In this document: positions 17,948-27,231 of the stretch, piece after piece
Position numbering within the stretch: position 1 is the first letter of the stretch
How the letters are laid out: every line of letters begins with the position of its first letter
Assembly (NCBI GenBank): GCA_040767325.1
Contig: JAXGOU010000008.1
Location: 4,934 to 68,933 of the forward strand
Direction of reading: 5' to 3'
Length of the DNA stretch: 64,000 nt
Source of the DNA: Brooklawnia sp.
GTDB taxonomy: Bacteria > Actinomycetota > Actinomycetes > Propionibacteriales > Propionibacteriaceae
Position numbers and translations under genes: made by a program
The notes under the pieces: model-generated
What the model saw: only the letters and a program-made list of their open reading frames with translations
The model's database searches: none
What the model was told of the DNA's origin: nothing

Positions 17948-19066
17948 GTGACGACGATTGCGCGGAAGACGAACCTTCGATGGATGGCACCGGCTGCGGC
18001 CGCCAGTTTGGTGATCGCCAGCCCGGGACTGTTGAGTTCGCTGGCTTCAGCCGAACCGGTCCTGCCGCCGCGCACCGCGGACGAGATCATCGCGGACGTC
18101 CTGTCGGCCAAACCCGTTGCCTTCACCGGTGAGGTCGTCCAGACCATGGAACTCGGCCTGCCGAGCCTCGGATTCGAGCCCGGGGTGGACTTCACCAATC
18201 CGAATTCGATCTGGGCCTTGGCGTCCGGCAGCAACACCTGGCGGCTGTGGTACGACGGCGGGAACTCCTACCGGGTGGCCATCATCCGCGGCCAGGCCGA
18301 GTCTGACCTGATCAGCAACGGCTCGGTGCTGTGGGCCTGGTCGAGCGAATCGCAGACCGCCGTACGCAGCGAGCTTGAGCCAGGCACGTCCGGCGAAAAT
18401 CTTCCGCTCCCGGCCGGTTCGCCGCAGGAAGCCGCTGTCGAAGTGCTGCGCGAACTCGAGCAGTACAGCGCCGTTTCCACCGACTCCAACGTCCGGGTTG
18501 CCGGACGCGACGCCTACGAACTGGTCATCACACCCTCGGACGATCAGACCCGGGTCGCCCAGGTTCGGCTGGCCGTCGACGCCGAGACGTCGCTGCCGCT
18601 GCGGGTGATCGTCTCGTCGACGACCAGTGCCACCCCGGCGATCGAGATCGGCTTCACCAAGATCAACTACTCCGCCCCCAACCCGTCGGTCTTCGAGTTC
18701 ACCCCGCCGCCGAACGCCGAGGTCATCGAAGCCGGTCATGCGGGGGAGTTGGAATCGGCCGAGCGTCCCGAGATCGAGGCCCCAGGTGCCCCGGCCGACG
18801 ACGTGGTGCCCAGTGAGGACGCCGGCCCGCTCACGCAGGGCGAGGGTTGGTCGCGGGTGACCGTTACCCCGCCGATGGAGATGGACACTGGTTCGCCGTC
18901 GCCGATGGACAATCCGATGGTGCAACTCCTGCCGCGCGTCCAGGGTGACTGGGGCAGCGGGGTGGTGCTGGACGGCACGCTGATCAGCGTTGTCATCGCT
19001 GACGACGGACGGATGGCCTTCGGCGCGGTTGCCCCCGAGGCGTTGTACCAGGCCTTGGCCAAGTGA
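17948..19066 (+). CDS. LolA-like/DUF2092 exported protein
   Basis: N-terminal signal; VAGRDAYELV, LAVDAETSLPLRV, FEFTPPPNA. Confidence 0.75.
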   Translation: MTTIARKTNLRWMAPAAAASLVIASPGLLSSLASAEPVLPPRTADEIIADVLSAKPVAFTGEVVQTMELGLPSLGFEPGVDFTNPNSIWALASGSNTWRLWYDGGNSYRVAIIRGQAESDLISNGSVLWAWSSESQTAVRSELEPGTSGENLPLPAGSPQEAAVEVLRELEQYSAVSTDSNVRVAGRDAYELVITPSDDQTRVAQVRLAVDAETSLPLRVIVSSTTSATPAIEIGFTKINYSAPNPSVFEFTPPPNAEVIEAGHAGELESAERPEIEAPGAPADDVVPSEDAGPLTQGEGWSRVTVTPPMEMDTGSPSPMDNPMVQLLPRVQGDWGSGVVLDGTLISVVIADDGRMAFGAVAPEALYQALAK

Positions 19067-19995
19067 ACTCGGCGGCGGTGACGTCGTCCGGGCTGACCAA
19101 GAAGTTCGGACGACAGGTGGTCGTCGACCACATCGATTTACAGGTGCCTGCGGGCGCCATCTATGGCTTCCTCGGTCCCAATGGCTCCGGCAAGACCACG
19201 ACGATCCGGATGCTGCTCGGCCTGATCGGGGCCACTGACGGCGGCTGCGAAGTACTTGGCCACCCGATTCCGGCCGGCATCGCAGCCGCCCTGCCACGCG
19301 TAGGAGCACTGGTGGAGGGTCCCGCCTTCCACCCCTACCTGTCCGGCCGGGCCAACCTGCACCGCCTCGATGCCGCCGATCCGCACTCCGATCCCCGGTC
19401 CGCCGCCGAACGAGTCAATGCCGCGCTGGAACGCGTTGGCCTGGCGGCAGCAGCCACCAAGCACTATCGCGCCTACTCGCTGGGCATGAAGCAGCGCCTG
19501 GCGATCGCGGCATGTCTGCTGCAACCCCGCGAGTTGCTGGTGCTCGATGAGCCGACCAACGGGCTGGATCCGCAGGGCACCCGCGAAGTGCGGCACTTGG
19601 TCTCGTCCCTGGCCGAGGGTGGCACCACCGTGTTGATCAGCAGCCATCTGCTCAGCGAAGTTGAGCAGGTCTGCACGCACGTCGGCGTGATGAACAAGGG
19701 TCGGTTGGTGGCGCAGGATTCGCTCGACGTGCTGCGCGCCGGGGCCACCGCGTCCGTGGAACTGCGCACACCCGACAGGGAGCCGGCCGGCATCGTGTTG
19801 GGAGAACTGGGCATCGACGCGCATCCGGCACCGGGGGAGCGCTTGACCTTCCAACCGGGCGATGTGCCGACCGAGCGCATCGTCGCCGAACTGGTCGCCG
19901 CCGGAGTGCCCGTCCAAGCGTTCAATGTGCATCAACCGACCCTGGAGGATCTGTTCGTCTCGCTCACCGGGGAGGGCTTCGATGTCAGCGGCTGA
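19063..19995 (+). CDS. ABC-2 type exporter ATPase
   Basis: GPNGSGKTT, YSLGMKQRL, LDEPTNGLDP. Confidence 0.9.
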   Translation: MNSAAVTSSGLTKKFGRQVVVDHIDLQVPAGAIYGFLGPNGSGKTTTIRMLLGLIGATDGGCEVLGHPIPAGIAAALPRVGALVEGPAFHPYLSGRANLHRLDAADPHSDPRSAAERVNAALERVGLAAAATKHYRAYSLGMKQRLAIAACLLQPRELLVLDEPTNGLDPQGTREVRHLVSSLAEGGTTVLISSHLLSEVEQVCTHVGVMNKGRLVAQDSLDVLRAGATASVELRTPDREPAGIVLGELGIDAHPAPGERLTFQPGDVPTERIVAELVAAGVPVQAFNVHQPTLEDLFVSLTGEGFDVSG

Positions 19996-20797
19996 GCGAC
20001 ACGGCTGGAGCTTCGGCCGGCTCCTGGCCTCCGAACTACGACTGATCTTCGGTCGGCGCCGCAACCAATTCGGCATGTTGGTGCTGGCGGCGGTGCCGCT
20101 GATCATGGCCATCGCAATGCGCTCGGAGGCCTCGTTGGGCGGGCTGCTGTCCGGCAACGGCTTGATCGTCCCGGTGACCGCGATGATGGCCGAGGCGCCC
20201 TTCTTCCTGCCGATGGCGGTCTCGATGCTGGCCGGCGATGCCATCGCGGGGGAGGCCAATCTCGGCACGCTGCGCTATCTGCTCACCCTGCCGGCTGGAC
20301 GCACCAGGCTCCTGGCAGCCAAGTTCGCCTCCCTGGTGATCGGCTGTCTGACCGGCTCCGCGATCGTCGGCACCGTCGGTGTGATCGCCGGTGCTGTGGC
20401 GCTCGGCGTTGGACCGACCTGGTTGTTGTCCGGCAGCCAGGTGAGCTTCGGTGCCGCGCTGGGGAAGGTGGTGCTGATCTACCTCTACGCGACGGCCATG
20501 CTGATCGGCCTGGCCAGCATCGGCCTGCTGGTTTCGACCCTGACCGACCAGCCGCTGGCCGCCACCGTCGCCATCATGATCATCAACATCCTCAGTTGGA
20601 TCGCGGTCGCGGTCGAGCAACTCGACTGGCTGCATCCGTGGCTGCTGTCCAACTGGATGATGAGCTTCACCGACCTGCTCAGCGATCCGATGATGACGAC
20701 CAACGTCAGCCACGGGTTGTGGCTGACGTTGGGTTACACGGTCGTCTTCGTCCTGGCCGCGTGGGCGCGGTTCACGACCAAGGACATCACCAGCTAG
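19982..20797 (+). CDS. ABC-2 type exporter permease
   Basis: GDAIAGEANLGTLRYLL, about 6 TM segments, RFTTKDITS end. Confidence 0.85.
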   Translation: MSAAERHGWSFGRLLASELRLIFGRRRNQFGMLVLAAVPLIMAIAMRSEASLGGLLSGNGLIVPVTAMMAEAPFFLPMAVSMLAGDAIAGEANLGTLRYLLTLPAGRTRLLAAKFASLVIGCLTGSAIVGTVGVIAGAVALGVGPTWLLSGSQVSFGAALGKVVLIYLYATAMLIGLASIGLLVSTLTDQPLAATVAIMIINILSWIAVAVEQLDWLHPWLLSNWMMSFTDLLSDPMMTTNVSHGLWLTLGYTVVFVLAAWARFTTKDITS

Positions 20798-21390
20798 CGG
20801 GGGCCGCCGCCCATGCCAGCCATGTGGCCCCTGCCGCCCATCGGCCCAAGCACGCCGGCCTCGTAGGCCTTGGCGACGGCGTCCGCCTCTGCCTGGGTCA
20901 GCTTGCCGTCGGCGACGGCCTGGTCGAGCCGGGCCTGGAAGTCGGCCTGCCGGGCTGCCTGGCGGTCGGCCTGCAACTCATCGAGGGCCTGGGTCAACGT
21001 CGCCTGGTCGAGGCCCAACTGGCTGGCCAGTTCGGCGACGAACGCGTCGTGCATCGCGGTCATCTCTTCCTCGGTCGGCCGGGTGCCGTCGGCCGGGGGT
21101 TCGCTCGGACGCGTCGCGTCCCGGGCGGCATCGATGGCCGCTTCAACAGTCGCCTGGTCGAGGCCCAGCTTGGTGGCCAGTTCGGACGCGAAGGCGTCAT
21201 GCATCATCCCGCCCTCGCCGTGGTGGCCACCCCGAGGGCCGAAACCTTGGTCGTCGGTGCCCGCGCTCGCGCTGCTGCTGGGGCTACTGGTATCGCTTGG
21301 TTCGGCCTGCGCCAGGGCGACGCCGAGCAGGCTGCCCACGCCGACGACGCCGGCAGCGGCCCCCATCACGATCTTGGCGGTGGTCTTCAT
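20794..21390 (-). CDS. Secreted protein with duplicated helical repeat
   Basis: Signal peptide MKTTAK..ALA; two MHDAF..ELA..LGLDQAT units 150 nt apart; AGGAG RBS. Confidence 0.7.
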   Translation of the reverse strand: MKTTAKIVMGAAAGVVGVGSLLGVALAQAEPSDTSSPSSSASAGTDDQGFGPRGGHHGEGGMMHDAFASELATKLGLDQATVEAAIDAARDATRPSEPPADGTRPTEEEMTAMHDAFVAELASQLGLDQATLTQALDELQADRQAARQADFQARLDQAVADGKLTQAEADAVAKAYEAGVLGPMGGRGHMAGMGGGPR

Positions 21391-21577
21391 GGTCTTCTCC
21401 TTGGGTTGTCCCCGGTTGGTTCTCATGACCCAGTAGGCCCAACCAACTTGGCAACCGGTGATGTGACAGCTGTGGCGTAGCTGTGAGTGTGGGCGGACGC
21501 TCGCCTTCCGGCGAAACGCTCGCCTTGCACGGCGAGCAAACTGCCTTAAGGGAAGCGTGGTGAGGACGTTGGCCTTC

Positions 21578-22378
21578 TCAGGCGTCGAAGGGCCAGCCGT
21601 CGACCAGCGGGCCGTCGCGTCCGTTCTCGCGGTAGTACTCGTAGCCCAGCCAGGCTGCCAAGGCCTGCTCAGGGATCGACAGCATCCACTGGGCATCGGA
21701 CTGGGACGAATGCGCGGCCAGTGCTGCTCGCTTGCGGGCCAACTGGGCGGTGACGTCCACCCGCCAGTGCAATTCTGATTCGGGCATCCCGATCGGCAGT
21801 CCGTCGTCGCCCACCCATTCGGACTCGGCAGCGGGCATGCCCAGCGCCTCGGCTCGGGAGGCCATCCGTTTGGCGTCGTCCCGGTTTCCGGTCTGCTCCA
21901 GGACGCGTGGCCGGCGCTTGGCCAATTCAGCGGCGCGGTAGCTGATCCGGTGCACCGCGATGTGGTCGGGGTGCCCGTAGTTGCCGTGCCAGTCGTAGCC
22001 GACCAGGAAGTCCGCGTCCTCCTCGTCCAGGATGGCTGCCAGCCGGCCTGCGGCCTCGTCCAGATCGGCCTGCACCAGGGCTTCCGGGTGGTTGTTCTGC
22101 TCCCAGCCGGTCATGCCCGAGTCCAGGTAGCCGAGGAAGACTACCCGCTGGGTACCGATGACCTCGGCGGCGGCGAAGGCTTCGGACCGCCGCCGGTCGA
22201 CCACGGTCTCGGCTTCGGCCAGGTCATCCGGGACGGTGCCGTGCTCCCCGTTGGTCGCGAACACCACGATGACCCGATGCCCCTCGTCCGCGAGCCGCGC
22301 CATCGAACCGGAAGTCTGGCTTGCCTCGTCGTCGGGATGCGCATGGAAGAAGACGACGGTTGTCACAGGCTCAATCAT
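21578..22378 (-). CDS. PIG-L family deacetylase (MshB/Mca-like)
   Basis: HAHPDDE, TNGEHG, LGYLDSGM, YGHPDH, HSSQ. Confidence 0.9.
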   Translation of the reverse strand: MIEPVTTVVFFHAHPDDEASQTSGSMARLADEGHRVIVVFATNGEHGTVPDDLAEAETVVDRRRSEAFAAAEVIGTQRVVFLGYLDSGMTGWEQNNHPEALVQADLDEAAGRLAAILDEEDADFLVGYDWHGNYGHPDHIAVHRISYRAAELAKRRPRVLEQTGNRDDAKRMASRAEALGMPAAESEWVGDDGLPIGMPESELHWRVDVTAQLARKRAALAAHSSQSDAQWMLSIPEQALAAWLGYEYYRENGRDGPLVDGWPFDA

Positions 22379-22436
22379 TCCACCCGGGCGGTGTTGCATG
22401 CCACCCCGCAAGCGCAGGCCCACTAGGCTGACCCCC

Positions 22437-23240
22437 GTGCAGTTCAAGCCATCGGACCGGTTCTATCGATTCATCGTGCGCACCGGCCTGACAGCCCGCT
22501 GGCTGCTGCGCATCCCCGTCACGCTGTCTGGTTTGGAGAACCTGCCGCCGACCCAGGTCAAGCGCGGATACCGCCAGGTGATCCCGGGGCAGGGGGCAGT
22601 CGTGGCGATGAACCACTTCGGCCTGGTTGACTTCGTCTTCGCCGAACTGGCGGTTTTCAAGGGCAATCGCGCCCACATTCGGTACATGATCACCCGTAAG
22701 CGGGCGGGCAACGCGTTCGTCAAGGCCGTCGTCCAGTTGTGCAACCACATCGTGGTGGACCGGGCCCACGGCGACTCCGCGCTGCAGGAGGGGATCGAGA
22801 AGGCGAAGCAGGGGGAGTACATCGGCATCTTCGCCGAGGGCTCCACCAACCTCAGCTACCAGGTGCGTCCGCTGAAGACCGGCGCGGTGCGCATCGCGGC
22901 GGCGACGGGCGTGCCGATCATCCCGGTCTCGGTCTTCGGCGCCCACCGCATCATCACCCGCGGTCGCAAGATCCGGCTGCGTGACATCCTCGGCACCCCA
23001 GTGCGCGTGCACATCGGTGAGCCGCTGCTGGTCGCGCCCGACGACGACATCGCGCGGGCCTCGGAGATCCTGCGGGCCAGGCTGCAGGCCGGGGTGGACG
23101 TGGCCATCGACTCGTATTCGGACGCGGCACCGGCCGGCGCCTGGTGGCTACCGGCGTCGCGCGGCGGCTCGGCGATGACCGCCGAACAGGACGCAGCCAA
23201 GTACGCCGACGAGAAGTCCCGCTACGACCAGACCGGCTGA
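22437..23240 (+). CDS. Lysophospholipid acyltransferase (PlsC family)
   Basis: NHFGLVD, IVVDR, FAEGS, KTGAVRIA..VPIIP. Confidence 0.85.
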   Translation: MQFKPSDRFYRFIVRTGLTARWLLRIPVTLSGLENLPPTQVKRGYRQVIPGQGAVVAMNHFGLVDFVFAELAVFKGNRAHIRYMITRKRAGNAFVKAVVQLCNHIVVDRAHGDSALQEGIEKAKQGEYIGIFAEGSTNLSYQVRPLKTGAVRIAAATGVPIIPVSVFGAHRIITRGRKIRLRDILGTPVRVHIGEPLLVAPDDDIARASEILRARLQAGVDVAIDSYSDAAPAGAWWLPASRGGSAMTAEQDAAKYADEKSRYDQTG

Positions 23241-23243
23241 GCC

Positions 23244-23993
23244 GTGGATCGAGATCTCGCGGACCTGAGTGCCGTCGCCACCTGGGGGACGCTGTGGCTG
23301 GCCGGCGACGGGGGCGATCCGGCACCGGAAGTGCCGACCGTCCCGCCGCACTTCATGAACACCAGGTCGCTGGTGGTTCAACTGCCGCCGGGGCTGGGCG
23401 GCGGATCTGTCGAGGGCACGCGGGCTTGGTTCAGCGCACTGCGCAGCATCGGCACCAGCCGGCTCTTCCTGGTCGCAGGTCCGTCCGGCGGGCCGCACCA
23501 GCAGGTGCTGAGCGCCGGGCCAACGCCGTACCTGTGGACGCTGACCTACGCGCCCGGGCCGACCCACACGCTGCGCACGCCCGACTACCTGGCCACCATC
23601 GCGGGGGAACCACGAACCGACGTGGTGCCACCCCGGCTGCCGGTGGAGGCGGCCCGCGAGCGGGTACGCGTCCTGCTGATGCGCAACCAGACGGTCGCGG
23701 AGCAGTGCGGTGAGCAGCGCTGGGCGCGCTACTTCGACGAAACAGCGGCCCTGCTCGACGAGCCCGGTGCCGAGGCCCGATCGGCGTTCCCGGACGCGTG
23801 GCCGGCCGACGCGCGCCGGTTGGTGGTCGCCCTCTACAAGGCGCGCTCAGCGTTCGGCGGCAGCGGCTCCTGGAGTGACTCGGGCCCCCGGGATGAGGCC
23901 GGATACGCCCAGTACCAGACCGCCCACCGCGAGTTGTACGCGTTCCTGACCGAGGCCTGGCTGTCCGCGGTCAACGGACCGGATATCGGCTAG
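23244..23993 (+). CDS. Hypothetical protein with C-terminal FGGxGSWxD motif
   Basis: 3 nt after upstream stop; SAFGGSGSWSD. Confidence 0.6.
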   Translation: MDRDLADLSAVATWGTLWLAGDGGDPAPEVPTVPPHFMNTRSLVVQLPPGLGGGSVEGTRAWFSALRSIGTSRLFLVAGPSGGPHQQVLSAGPTPYLWTLTYAPGPTHTLRTPDYLATIAGEPRTDVVPPRLPVEAARERVRVLLMRNQTVAEQCGEQRWARYFDETAALLDEPGAEARSAFPDAWPADARRLVVALYKARSAFGGSGSWSDSGPRDEAGYAQYQTAHRELYAFLTEAWLSAVNGPDIG

Positions 23994-25153
23994 TCGCAGA
24001 ACCGTTGCAGTTCGCCGAGGTCGATCTCGATGCCGAGCCCCGGCGTCGATGGGATCGGCAGGTGACCGTCCACCAGGTCGAAACGCCGCCCGGTGATCTC
24101 GGTGCGCAGCGGGTTGGGCGACTGGTCGTACTCGAGGGCCGGATCGTTCATCAGCGGGTAGGTGACATGGGTGTAAGGGATCGGCGGGATGATCGCGATC
24201 GCCTGCAGCGCGGTGGCCAGCGCCACAGCTGAGCCCCAGACGTGTGGCACCACGCGGACGCCGCGCGTGGTGGCCAGGGTCAGGATCCTGGTGAACTCGG
24301 ACAGCCCGCCGCAGCAGGAGATGTCCGGCTGGATGATGGCGGGGCGTCCTTCGGTGATGAACCGGTCGAAGCCGAACCGGGTGAAGACCGCCTCGCCACC
24401 CGCGATCGGGACGCGTAGCCGCTCGGACAGGGCGCGGTAGCCGGCCAGGTCTTCGGGGACCACCGGCTCCTCGTACCAACCCACGTTGTTGTCCTCCAGC
24501 ACTGTGCCCATCTGCATGGCGGCCGGCAGGTTGTAGGCGTGGTTCGCGTCCACCAGCAGGTCCATCTCGGGACCGAGCGCCTCCCGGATCTGGACGACGC
24601 GTCGGGCGTCCACGTCGATTGGCAGCAGGCCGATCTTGAGTTTGGCGGCGGTGAAGCCGGCCTGCTTGAAGCCCAGGTACTCGTCGTGCAACGCGGCGCT
24701 CTGCTCGGAGCCGTAGGTGGTGGCCGAGTAGTAGCCGCCGGTGGCGTAGGCCAGCACGCGATCGCGGTAGGCACCACCCAACAGTTCGTGAACGGGACGC
24801 CCGAGGGTGCGTCCATAGGCGTCCCACATCGCGTTGTCCAGCGCGCTGATCGCCTCGATGTAGGCGCCGGACTGGCCGAAGTCGCGGGTGGTGGCGTAGA
24901 GGCGCTCCGAGGCCATCATCGGGAAGATCTCGCCCATGGCGATCAACTGGGGGCCGAGGACGTCGTTGACGCACGCAGCAACCGGGGTTGGTGGACCGTA
25001 CTGGCCGCCCTCACCCCAGCCGATCACGCCGTCGGTGGTCTCGATCCGCACCAGCATGCTGTTGCGTTGTGGGAACGGCGCCTGGGACGAGTAGAAAGTC
25101 TTTGACCCCAGGTTTGCGCGGGCGATGTACGTCTGGATCCGGGCGATCTTCAT
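23990..25153 (-). CDS. Mandelate racemase/muconate lactonizing (enolase superfamily) enzyme
   Basis: GWGEG, KLKIG, DANHAY, WYEEP, AGGE, QPD, PHVWG, PGLG. Confidence 0.9.
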   Translation of the reverse strand: MKIARIQTYIARANLGSKTFYSSQAPFPQRNSMLVRIETTDGVIGWGEGGQYGPPTPVAACVNDVLGPQLIAMGEIFPMMASERLYATTRDFGQSGAYIEAISALDNAMWDAYGRTLGRPVHELLGGAYRDRVLAYATGGYYSATTYGSEQSAALHDEYLGFKQAGFTAAKLKIGLLPIDVDARRVVQIREALGPEMDLLVDANHAYNLPAAMQMGTVLEDNNVGWYEEPVVPEDLAGYRALSERLRVPIAGGEAVFTRFGFDRFITEGRPAIIQPDISCCGGLSEFTRILTLATTRGVRVVPHVWGSAVALATALQAIAIIPPIPYTHVTYPLMNDPALEYDQSPNPLRTEITGRRFDLVDGHLPIPSTPGLGIEIDLGELQRFCD

Positions 25154-25247
25154 GGCGTCCTCCTTGAGCGTGCTGCGAACCTACCAGCGTTCGTTGGTTA
25201 AGGTTGGTGCTGGGACTCACCCCAGTTTCCACTGCCAAGGACACGTC

Positions 25248-25856
25248 ATGGAGACCTTCGACAATCTTGCCCACCAGATCGTGCTGCTCGCGATTGAGCC
25301 GGTGGGCGGCGGACTGCGCAAACGGGGCAGGTTGGGCGGCGCCACTGCCGCGGCCGCGCTGGCCGAGTTGGCCCTTCAGGAACGCCTGGTGGCCGTCGAT
25401 GGGATGTTGCGGGTGCAGGACCAGCGACCCACCGACGACCCGATGGTCGACGTGATGCTTCGGGACGTGATCAACCGGCCGGCCAGGACGCCGGCGCGGA
25501 TCGTCAGTGATGGGCGCGACGCCTACCTGAACCAGACCCTCGGCGAGTTGGTGTCCAACCGATGGGTGCGGTTGGTCCCGGCGTCCGGTTTCCGGCGCGA
25601 CAGCTACCGGGTCGCCGACACGGCACGGTTGCAGGCCGCCCAGGAACTCGCCGCGGCCGCGTTACATGACCCGGTGTCGGCCAGCGATCGAGCCGCCTTC
25701 CTGGCCGGACTGGTCGGGCAGATCGGTCTGGCCGGGCTGGTGCTACCGGACTTGACGGCCCGGACGGCAGCGCGACAAGGTTTCGCGCGGCGTGGCTGGG
25801 TGAATCCGGCCGTGCAGCTTGTCTTCGCCGAATCCGTGCAACCCGATCGCATCTAG
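25248..25856 (+). CDS. GPP34/GOLPH3-family protein
   Basis: AAALAELALQERL, RPTDDPMVD, GELV..W. Confidence 0.7.
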   Translation: METFDNLAHQIVLLAIEPVGGGLRKRGRLGGATAAAALAELALQERLVAVDGMLRVQDQRPTDDPMVDVMLRDVINRPARTPARIVSDGRDAYLNQTLGELVSNRWVRLVPASGFRRDSYRVADTARLQAAQELAAAALHDPVSASDRAAFLAGLVGQIGLAGLVLPDLTARTAARQGFARRGWVNPAVQLVFAESVQPDRI

Positions 25857-25865
25857 GCTGCAGAC

Positions 25866-26486
25866 ATGGAAGCCTTCGACAATCTGGCCCACCAGATCGC
25901 ACTGCTGTGCATCAAGCCAGAGGGCGGGCGGGTGCGGCGGCGCACCGAGTTGGCGCTGGCGACCGCGGCTGGGGCCCTGGGCGAGTTGGCGATCCAGGAG
26001 CGCGTCAGCCTGGACGGCAAGAAGGTTCGCGTCCATGACACTCGCCCGACCGAGGACCCCTTGCTGGACATCATGCTGCAGGTGCTCGCCGACCAGCCGG
26101 ATCGGCGTCCGATGCGCATCCTGGACGCAGCGCGCAAGACCTATATGAACCAGGCGCTGACCGAACTGGTCAGCAATGGCTGGGCGACGATGACCCCCGG
26201 GTCAGGTCTGCTGGGTGACCGCTATCAGGTGCTGGACACCGAGCGGCTGGCCAGGATCAAGGCGATGGTCACCGCCGGTTTCCACGACCCAGTGGGTGCC
26301 CCGACGCGCGAGTCCCTGCTGGCCGGGCTGGTCTTCGAGTCCCAGATGGGCCGCGAGTTGGTGCCCGAACTGAACTGGTGGCAGAGGTGGAAGGCCGGCA
26401 TGGCGCTGCGCAAGCGGCACTGGGTGGTCAAGGCGGTTGCCGACGTCATCGCGGCGCGGGCTTCCGCAGCCGCTGGTGCTGCCTGA
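25866..26486 (+). CDS. GPP34/GOLPH3-family protein, tandem paralog
   Basis: GALGELAIQERV, RPTEDPLLD, AAAGAA tail. Confidence 0.75.
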   Translation: MEAFDNLAHQIALLCIKPEGGRVRRRTELALATAAGALGELAIQERVSLDGKKVRVHDTRPTEDPLLDIMLQVLADQPDRRPMRILDAARKTYMNQALTELVSNGWATMTPGSGLLGDRYQVLDTERLARIKAMVTAGFHDPVGAPTRESLLAGLVFESQMGRELVPELNWWQRWKAGMALRKRHWVVKAVADVIAARASAAAGAA

Positions 26487-26497
26487 GCGCTCGAGGA

Positions 26498-27166
26498 TCA
26501 GCGGGGCTCAACCTCGGTCACGGTGAGCACGCCGTCTGACACTGTGAACCGGACGTTGCGCCCGGCGAACGCGATGCCGTAGCCCCGCTCGGGGTCACGC
26601 TGGTAGGCGGGCCGGGGGTCCTCGGCCAGGACGCCCAGTAGCGCCTCCTGTGCGTGGGACGGCACGCGTGCCAACAACTCATCGCCGATCGAGACCTGAA
26701 GGCGGTAGTCGGGGTTGATCGCGGTGAAGCCCATGGCGGCGTCCGGGTGCTGGTCGGCTGCCACATAGGGTTTGATGTCCCAGATCGGGGTGCCGTCGAC
26801 CAGGTCAGCCCCGCCCACCACCAGCACCGGGCCGAGTTTCGCGTCCGTCTCGATCTCCAGCAGTCGCACACTGGACAGCCCGATCGGGTTGGGGCGGAAG
26901 GGGGAGCGGGTGGCGAAGACCCCCATCCGGGTTTCGCCGCCCAGCCGGGGTGGTCGTACCGTGGGGGCCCACTCGTCGCGCAGGGCCTGGTGGAACTGCC
27001 AGATCAGCCACAGGTGGCTGAAGCCGGCCAGGCCGCGGATCGCGTCCGGGTTGCGGAACTCGGGCTCGAAGACCACGCGAGCCCGCAACTCGGGGACCAG
27101 CCCGGCCTGCCGGGGGACGCCGAACTTCTCCGGGAAGTCGCTGCGCAGGTGCGCGATCGTCAGCAC
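26498..27166 (-). CDS. tsaA: tRNA t6A37 N6-methyltransferase TrmO
   Basis: EKFGVPRQ, PTVRPPRLGG, GVFATRSPFRPNPIGLS, DGTPIWDIKPY, DPRPAYQ. Confidence 0.92.
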   Translation of the reverse strand: MLTIAHLRSDFPEKFGVPRQAGLVPELRARVVFEPEFRNPDAIRGLAGFSHLWLIWQFHQALRDEWAPTVRPPRLGGETRMGVFATRSPFRPNPIGLSSVRLLEIETDAKLGPVLVVGGADLVDGTPIWDIKPYVAADQHPDAAMGFTAINPDYRLQVSIGDELLARVPSHAQEALLGVLAEDPRPAYQRDPERGYGIAFAGRNVRFTVSDGVLTVTEVEPR

Positions 27167-27231
27167 GACACCATGAAACCACGGACGCCGTAGGTAGCCG
27201 ACTGGCCACCCACGGCGTCCGCGATGGGTCG

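Noticed and set aside
21498-21540. CGCTCGCCTT direct repeat and GCTCGCC/GGCGAGC hairpin
   Set aside because: Short; adequately explained as the terminator of the PIG-L gene
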